64,000 nucleotides of DNA from Prorocentrum cordatum (Eukaryota): contig CAUYUJ010000087.1 of NCBI GenBank assembly GCA_963575745.1, positions 1 to 64,000 on the forward strand. The letters are read 5' to 3'. Made by a program: the position numbers and the translations under genes. Positions 54,815-64,000 of the stretch are shown one piece after another (the first letter of the stretch is position 1; each line of letters opens with the position of its first letter). The notes beneath the pieces were generated by a model. The model had not been told where the DNA came from. It ran no database searches and saw only the letters and a list, made by a program, of their open reading frames with translations.

Positions 54815-55789
54815 ACCTCACGGCCGAGTCCCTAGCTGAGTGCAGTCCAACTTTGCCCTGAGGACCTTTGCTCTCTGATGTCAATGCCTTCGGCGCATGG
54901 CGTATACACGCCTACAGTTGCACACAGATACACACACACACAAACGCACACAATCTTGATATTGCATCCACCGTGTCTCAGACAAAACGCCGCTACGTCC
55001 GCTAAACTTGCGCTACGCATTGGGCACGATTGATCTCCACGTGACATGGGAGTGCAAAGGCGGCGCGCAGACACACCGGGCCACATCAGCAAAATAATGT
55101 TGGTCGGAGACCAACAGCAGTGGCCACCAAAGACAGGCCCATCTAGAGTCTGGTTGCAATAACCCAAGGCCATGCAAACGCGAGTTCTGTAGGCTTACGC
55201 CACATCCTTCAACCCCTTTTGTAAACTACGGCGCCCCCAGGATTGCATGTCACGAGGCTTGTTCGAATGACGACACAGCGCTCGACATCGTTCCTGTTGC
55301 TTCGCTAGTGTTATCTTATTTCGTATGTGTTGCTTGGTCGTCGCGCGTCCTTGGTGAATACCAAACCTGAAGCATAAGTATGGTTGGTTCTTCCGCGCGG
55401 TGCGCACCGGTTCAAACTGCAGCGCTCTCCCAAAAGCTTTGCAATTGAAATGCCCTCCCCTTGGCCTTACCTGGGACGTCGTGGACCGACAAGGGTGCTT
55501 GTCTTTGGGCTCTCTTGCACCGTCTCGGGGCCCTCTTGGCAGTATGGCGGGTGTATCGGGGCCGCCGTAGAGCCGTCTGCATGCCGAGTGGACAGATGGC
55601 AGCAATCATTGGAATATCAAGTGAGCCCATGATTTTGGGCGCTTGCGGGGGAAAGAAGCAGCAGCAGAAGGAGGAGGAGGAGCAGCAGCAGCAGCAGCAG
55701 AACGAGGAGGAGGAAGAGGAGGAGGAGGAGAGCGCGAAGAGAAGGGGGGAGGAGCTGGAGGAGAACGAAAAGAAGGGGGTCTCTCGAAG

Positions 55790-56450
55790 TATTCTGGGAG
55801 CCTCTGGGGGCGTTTTGGGAGCCATCTGGGTTTTGCGGCGGTGTTTTTCAGTGCTTGCGGGGGCCTCGTGGGGGCCTCCTCGGGGCTGGGGGGCAACCTG
55901 GGGGCGTCTTGGGGCCGAAGGCTCGAAATTTTCGCTCGGGTTCCCCCTCTGGGCCCCCTCTTGGGGCCGTCTTGGGGCCCTCTCGGGCCGTCTTAGGGGG
56001 CTTCTTTAGTAGTCTTGTGGCCTTCATAGGCCGTCTTGGAGCCCTCTTTGGGGCCTCTTAGGTCGCCTTGGACGTGGTGAAATCCCAAGAGGATGGGACG
56101 ATTTTTGCTTCCTGCGGCCCTCGGGGGGGACTCTTGGATGCCTCGTGGGGCGTCTTGAAGGCACCTTGGGCCGTCTGGAAGCCATCATGGGCGTTTTGGA
56201 ACGATCCTTCGGCGATTCGGGGCCCGCTTGGACCGTCTTGGGGGCCTCGCTGGGAGGCCGCAGGGGTTATCTTGGAGCTCCACAGGGAGCCCCGGAAGGG
56301 CCAGACCCCCTGGGAGAGCCCATCCGGGGGTCGTCCTGGGCCAGGAGGACGGCTGTCGAATTGCCGTTTTGGGGTCCCGGGCGGGGGCGGGAATACGGGG
56401 GGGAACAATCTCACACGCCTAGAGCCCCACAAGGGGTCGGCGGATCTGGC
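55790..56450 (+). repeat. Family D repeat with 3' stem-loop
   Basis: TCTTGGGG units; terminal CGCC-TAGA-GCCCC-ACAA-GGGGT-C-GGCG-GAT. Confidence 0.78.
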
Positions 56451-58417
56451 TGGGCCCCGGCTGAAAATGCGTCCTGGCGACCACTGTGGCGTGGCGAAGC
56501 AGTCCAAGCAACACTTGTTCCGCCGCAGAACATGCCGACAACGGCAAGCAGCACAACTAAGGAAGAAAGCAAACGACTAGGAAGCTGTGAACCAGGAGGA
56601 AGGAGAATTGGGACAGGAAGAAGACGAAGCGAGGGGAGACTCCAGGAAGGTGGGGAGGGAGAGGGTAAGAGGAGGGGGAGAGAGGCATAAAGAAAGGGGG
56701 AGAGGAGAGACAGGCGACAAGGACCAACTGGGCGGACCTACGAGGAGGATAAGAGAGACAAGGCAGCCGAGGGAGACACGACACAACACGACACAAAGGC
56801 AACGAAGAGGGCACAGGGAGGGAGAAGAGGGAGAAGCAGAAGAAAACAGGGGAGGAGCCAAGAAGGCAGAGGCAAGAGGCAGGCACGCACGGGGCCAAGG
56901 GCAGCAGGGCCAGAGAGGGTGGGCGCACGGGGGACAGCCGCGAAGACGGCGGAGCCCGAGGGGGGGAAGGGCGGAGGCACAAGGGGGGAGACGGGTCACG
57001 TCCGAAAGAAGGGCGGGGACCGAGCCTGGCAACCATGACGGAAGCGCCGAGGGCAGGGGGCACCCGCAAGGCGGTCACGGGCAGCATCAGCCGGCCCAGG
57101 GCGGTCCGCCCCCAGGGAGCGGCACATGGCAACGGAGGGCCGCCCAGAAAAAAGGGCGAATCGGACCAGCGCCACCGGGGCCTACAGCAAGAGGCCAGGC
57201 AAACGTTCCAGGGGATCCACCGCGGCCAGGGGTGACGGCCTGCCGCCGTGGTCCAAGGGCGATGAGGGCGAGGAGAGCCGAAGCATCCGCAGGGGGTCGC
57301 CAGGAGCGCCTCCAGCGCCGCCCCCAGCGCGCTCCACGCGCCAGGGAGGGGGGTTCAGCGCAGATCCAAGAAGCCTGCGCGGACCTCCAAAAGTTTATGT
57401 GGATGTGTTTTCTCTTAGACACATGCCCGCGGAAGCGCCGGAGGGCAGGGGGCAGAACGCCGCCAGACACAGTTTTGGCGACGCGGCCTCGCGCGCAGCA
57501 GCGAGGCGGAGGCGGTCGATCCGAAGGGAAAGAGTGCGCGCGGCCGACCCCTCAGACGATGGGGCAGGGACCCACATTTGGATCGACCGTGCCATCCGCA
57601 TTCGTGGGCGTGGGCACCAGGGGGGGGGAAGGGTGAGCAGCGCACGCAGCGGTGGGAGGTAAGTGGAAGCGCGCGACAGCCAGACCGGCAGAGGCGAAGA
57701 AACATGCAGACAGGGGCAAGGTGCCAAGCGCCAAGCGAAATGGTGGAAATGACAGCAGGCACACATTGGGGAAGCGAGTGCCAAGAACATGCAGTCCGAC
57801 TGGCGACAAGCATGCAGCAGGAGGCGCAGAGCGGCAGCGAAGCGCCGACGCAGGCCAAGCCCCGGAGCAGTGAAAGGAGAGGTGCAGCAGCGGGGCACCT
57901 CCGCAGGGAGCTGGACGCAGTAGCCCCCTCCATCTGAACCGGGAAGGGGGAGGCGACGCGGGACAGCCCACGGGGGCCATGGCGAGACTCAAACGGTGTC
58001 GCGCGCCCGACGACGAGGTAGGGAGCCACTGCGGCGTACAAGGCGCACGCTGGGGAAATGGGGTAGGCGAAAGGCCATGCCCAGTGTGGTGGCGGTGGGC
58101 CGTGGACAGCTATGGTCGCGTGGCCGCCTTCCAGTGACAGCCCTCGGGGAGTGGGCCTTCCAACCCGAGCAGGCGCACTGGGCGTGGCGGGGATACGGGT
58201 CCTGGGCGAGCAGCGCCAGAGACCCAAGCGGCGGTCGGCGGCGCACCGCTGCGAAAGGTTGGGAGCCTCCTCGGGCAGGTCAGGCGTACGACGGACGGGG
58301 TGCAGGGACCACCACGAGGGTCGCAACGGCGCGCACCCGGCGGAGGAACTCCCGCGTAGCATGGGCGTACGCCGATCGAAGGCGGGAGGAAGCATCCCAC
58401 CAAGGGTCGGCCGACAG

Positions 58418-59335
<918 letters not shown>

Positions 59336-61709
59336 TTCTCGGTCGTCGCAGGTAGGCGACTCGCCACACCGTTAGACGCGCGCGCGAGAAAGCCGCGCGA
59401 GCGCCCAGCTGTCAGAAGAGAGACACGGAAAAGGCGAGACGGCCGGCCCCTCACAGGGCAGCGGCCGGGCGCGGCGCCGGGGCAGCGAGGCAGCGGCGCC
59501 GGCGAGCGGCGGGGGCGGCGAGGGGAGGGGCGGCGGCCGCAGGGCGGGGCGCCGGGGCGGGGCGGGGCAGCGGGGCGTCGAGCGAGGGCAGGGCAGCAGG
59601 AAGGTCGCCACGCGTAAGTTCGGCTGGCAGTGCGCGGCCCGCAGCAGCAGAGCCGCCATGAAGGGCGCCACGCATTAGGAGGACGGGCAAGACGCGGCCC
59701 GCAGCAGCGGGGCCAGAGCAGATGAGGCGGCTGGCACCCAGGGTTGACCGAGAAGCCAGGCGGGGCGGAAGAGCTGGCGAAGCGGGGCGAGGGCGAGAGC
59801 GGAGAGCCCGACCCCCAGGACTCAGGACGGAGGCTCGCGGGCCGAGGGGCCAGCGGGGCGGCGGCGACGCAGTCACCGTGCGGAGCCGCAGGGAGGGCCA
59901 CGCCGCGAGAGGGCGGGCACCGCCCGGCGAGGGCAGCGGGCCGCAAGGCGCCGGACGCCAGGGCGCGGCTGGGCGCGCCCAGGAGGCGGGGAAAAGAAAG
60001 CCAGGGGATCACCGCTGAGGGCCCACCTGGAGGATCGAGCCACGCCAAGAGAGCGCAGCTGAGCAGAGCGGAGCCCCCAGGGCCGGAGGGCGACGCGCGC
60101 GCGCCCCAACGCAGCCGGGCAGACCCACGGCCAGCGGGGGGCGGAACGCAGCGCAATGGCCGCGAAGCGGGGCGAGGGCCCGCCCAGAGAGCGGCGGCAC
60201 AGCGACGAGCTGACGCCACAAAGCGATGGCTGGCGAGCAGGCCGACGACCCACCTGCGACGCGGAGGACCCAGGACCGGAAGTAGCACCATGAGCAGGCA
60301 GGTCCACGTCCGAGGCAGCTGAGGACCAGAGGGGGCCCGCGGAGGAGGTGGATCCAGCGCCCGACGCGAAGCCGAGGCACCGCGTGCCGAGAAGGCGGGA
60401 GACAGCAAGCTAGGGCGAGGCGGTGAGCCACATACAGAGACGAAGTGGAAAGGGCTGCACATCTAGGAGACCTCCAACGGCCGCAAGTAAACCCGGGCCA
60501 GTGACCGAGCCAGGGGCGGGCAGGCCCCCTCCCGAGGCAGCAGGGGGCCGGCGGGAACTCGCAGGGCGGGGGGCAGCCAGCGCCGTGAAAGGGGAGCGCG
60601 GCGGGATAGTCCACAGCGCGGCGAGGGCGGGCCCGCCAGAGTGAGGCGGCGGGCAGGAGCGGAGGAGCGAGGGGCGGCCAGCGGGGAGGGGCAGCCCCCT
60701 GGACCAGCAGCCCGCGCCAAGAGCGGGCAGGTCCGCTCCCGGAGCAGCATGGGCGCAGGGATTGGGGGAAGACGCCGAGGGAATCATTCACTGGAGCGGC
60801 GAAGGGCCGGCCTGCCACTGTCGCGCCACTCGTTGCATGCTGCGCGAAAAGCGCCCTCGATGTCCATGGGCAGGGGGCCACGCCGCGCGCGCGCGCTCCC
60901 CGGGCAACCCACCGTTGCGCCACTCGTCGCATGCCGCCTGGAAAGCTTTCTCGACGCCCATTGCCTAGGGGGCCGCTGGGGCGGGGCGGCGCAGCCCCAC
61001 TTGAGTGAGGACTGCGTTGCGCTCGCGCTGCTCATCGCCAGCACCGTTCCGCCCCCGTCCTCAAAGCCAGACTGGGGGGCGGCAGGGCCGCCAAGGTTGT
61101 CGGCGCCCACGAGGTGGGGGCCACCTGCCCCGATCTGCGCGGCGAAGAGCCCCCCTGGAGCGGGCGCGCGGGCCAGAGGCGAGCGAGGGGCCCCAGCGCA
61201 GCGACGACACCAGACCGACCCCTGTCCACCAAGTTGCAGCGGGGGTCGCGGGGCGGCAGCCGCGGGGGGACAGACGGGGGAAAAAGGAGGAGGGGGAAAG
61301 AGGAGAAGGGGAAAGACGAAGCAGCACGACAGTGCCACACTGAAGCAGCAAGCGAGACGCAGCAGGGAGGAAGCTACGGCAGCCACCCACTGTGGAGGAC
61401 CAATCAGCGTGAGAACTTGGGTCAACCAGCGACCCAGGGGGGCGCGACACCTGGGCAGGCGGCCCGCGGGCAAAGATGGATACGCACGGCAGCGCCGCAC
61501 AGGGTGGGCCAAGGCAGTAAAACAGCGAAGGTTGAATACACACTGTCCTGTTTTTTCCCCTTCCCCTTCCTCCGTTTGTGACAGACAGCGCGCTCCGCAG
61601 CCCTTTGGGCTTTAGGGGCGCTCGCGTGCCCATCGACTGTCTTACCGTTTGTGCTCTCGGGGAGAGCTCAAAAAGATCTTCACATACACGCGTGAATACT
61701 GCGTCTCCC

Positions 61710-63830
61710 ATGCCAGCTGACAATGGTAGCCGGAGCGTGGACGAGGCCACAGGGGAGCATGAAGTTGGTGGAGACTGGCAGGAGCTCACTGCTGGGAGTG
61801 CGAGCGCGGGTCAGAGTCAGTCCGCAGCACGCGAGTCCCATGATGCGCCTTCGCCGGACACAGAACAATTCAACGGTAAGGATCCCTGGAAGCCAGCCGA
61901 GCAGGCCGCAGCCGGTCGAGCCGAGAGCTGGTGGGCCCAGAAAGGCTGGAGAGACTTTCCGATGGCAGGAATCCCAGTGGAACCATTGGTGGTCATGGGG
62001 CAGTTGGGACACCTCGACGGCACCACAGAACAAGGATTACTCCGGTCCGCCTCACTGGCTGGGAATGGAATATCTGAAGCTGTACACGTCGAACATACCT
62101 TCTTGGCAGAGCAGGACGGCCTATCGCCAGGAAGTTCAGGCGGGGCGAATGTGGGAGACTTTCCCAATGGAACTACAGGCCAAGTTCCAGGCTATACGGT
62201 CTACACTCGACCAGAGCGACGGCACGATGAGGCTGATCTCCCACCTCGAGCTTCTAGCTGGAAAAGCCTGGCGACAAGGAGCGCGATGCACACGATGAGG
62301 CAATGCCTGACTTCTCCGTCAAGAAAGGAGGAAGCCTGACGGATTTCATCGTGCGCAGAGACAATCAGTTGGCCACGGCCGAAAGAATGGCGCTGGTGCT
62401 TCCGGACTCCGTCAACGCAAGATACTACGAAGAAGGCTGTGGTCTAAGTGGACAGAACCGTGTGAATCTGCGGGCGATGCCCAATTGTCGCAGAGACCTT
62501 CAATCAGTACGAGCCGCGATCCTGGAGTTGGACGTCTCAGAGAAGCAGGTTATTCCGAGGCCGCCGACAGCTCAGAGTTCGCCCAAGCCGACCTTCGCGA
62601 CCACAGAGGAGCCGACCGAGGACGAAATCGAACATGAGGATGAGACGTGCACTCCCATCTTCGAGACAGAGTTCGAGGAAGAAGAGCTCAACGCCATATT
62701 GGTTTCGCTTGACTCTCAGGACCTGGCCGAGGATGAGATGGCGAACATTTCTGTCGAAGTGACTTCGGGCATTCGCCGCAAAACTTGGCAAGAAGCCATG
62801 ACCCAGAAGACCAACAAGAGGGTGGATCGAGACTTCTTCGATCGTCGTCGAGATCCCAAGTGAGCACACAAGGGAAAGAATTTCCGTAGAGTCAATCGAG
62901 AGGATTTCAAGCGCCGTTCCCGATGCTCCAACTGTGGAGACAAAGGGCACTGGAGGGAGGATTGCAAGAAGTCGTTCAGGAGCAAAGCCAGCAGACTCAA
63001 GGAAGAGGGCGCCGTGGAAGCCTCGCACTACTTCCATGCCTCGCTGGACGCCGACCAGACAGGCAGTTCGTGGCCCAGCTTCGACGATTTCCTGAACTTC
63101 GCCGAGCTTTCGAGTGCGGCGGCTCCCTCGTGTGATGAGATCTCTCTCACCAACATGGGCACCTCGGCCTTGGTTGATACGGCCGCGGGACAAGCACTGG
63201 TGGGATCTCCAGATCTTGAGCGAATGGTCAGAGCCTTCAAGAAGCGCGGCTACGATATCCATGTCAACAAGGGCGAGACCAACCTCCCGGCCGCAAACGG
63301 AGTTGGCGGCAAGTCTACTCCGGTCGGCAAGGCTCTCGTTCCAGCCTCTCTGATCGGATGTGGTATCATCGAGTTCTTGATTCTGGAGTCCTCCACTGCT
63401 GCCAGCGAGGTATCTTGATTTCATTCACGTTCTCGCAGTTGGAGTTGGAGAGAGCCGCAGGGAGATCGCTATGATCAGACTTCCTTCAGGTCATCGTGCG
63501 GTGGACTTGATTGGATGCGATCCGTCTGATTTCGAACTGCACCCCGACCTGGCGAAGCGTTTCCACTGGACGACGGTTGGTCTTTGCACGGCGACATCCT
63601 TCGTCGAGCGCGCGTGAACCTTCGAGAGACTTGGTTTGATATCGCAGAGTGCTCAGACCTACCGATCTCCTCGCCTGACCTCCTCAGCCTGGAGACCACG
63701 ACCTGCCGGTTCCTGGACGACGAGGCCAGGCGGACCTGCGTCTACGAGAAGGCCGACCTCGACTCGCGCTGGCCGCCGGGCCGCCGGGTCGGGCACACGG
63801 ACTTCAGGATGCGCGAGGACCGCGGTGGGG
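61710..63830 (+). mobile_element. Decayed LTR retrotransposon gag-protease region (probably Ty1/copia-like)
   Basis: Gag-like helical region over frameshifts, Zn knuckle CSNCGDKGHWREDC (62924-62965), aspartic protease ALVDTAA (~63165-63187); frame 62303-63418 has one internal TGA (62861); no RT, integrase or LTR recognised. Confidence 0.8.
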
Positions 63831-64000
63831 AGGTTAGGAGTAGGAACAGTCAGGATCTTTCAGCGCCAGCCCGTTCTTTTCAGTCCTCTCTCCCTGTTGA
63901 GTCCAGGCCTCAGATGGCCGGACCAGGTCAGTGGGTCCGGGACAGCCAGACATCCAGATTCAGTAAGCCCGAGCCCCTCTCTGTAGCCCTCGGCTCGAAC

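Noticed and set aside
63688..63824. Separate host exon with high GC3
   Set aside because: Could equally be a remnant of the LTR element pol; cannot be resolved here
63981..64000. Another SL relict (CTGTAGCCCTCGGCTCGAA)
   Set aside because: Too degenerate and cut by the window edge

Overview
A repeat-dense, GC-rich eukaryotic window, almost certainly from a dinoflagellate (Prorocentrum-like). The evidence is a relict dinoflagellate spliced leader at 31604, GA-AG introns, degenerate PPR repeats and a Mei2-like RRM gene. It contains an intron-bearing C5-cytosine methyltransferase-like gene with two unknown neighbours behind a palindrome cluster (0.6-5.9 kb), a near full-length APE-RT LINE (15.1-20.8 kb), a decayed CRE-like RLE retroelement (47.4-49.2 kb), the gag-protease part of an LTR retrotransposon (61.7-63.8 kb), the last two exons of a Mei2-like gene, a 100-N gap and many satellites. 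The most unusual object is a ~12.8 kb 5'-truncated non-LTR retroelement (33.4-46.2 kb). In it, RT-thumb, Zn finger and RNase H are followed by ~7.5 kb of frameshifted cargo: a Upf1/MOV10-type SF1 helicase, a possible RNase III-like motif and Zn fingers. The cargo is bracketed by a conserved 29-bp motif (GCGGCGATCAGCTGCGACCCTGGAGGACC). A second, short 3' copy of the element lies at 8.65-10.5 kb, and the long copy is fused at its 5' end to a spliced-leader-capped retrocopy. All domain calls come from reading motifs by eye; no searches were run, and boundaries are approximate.
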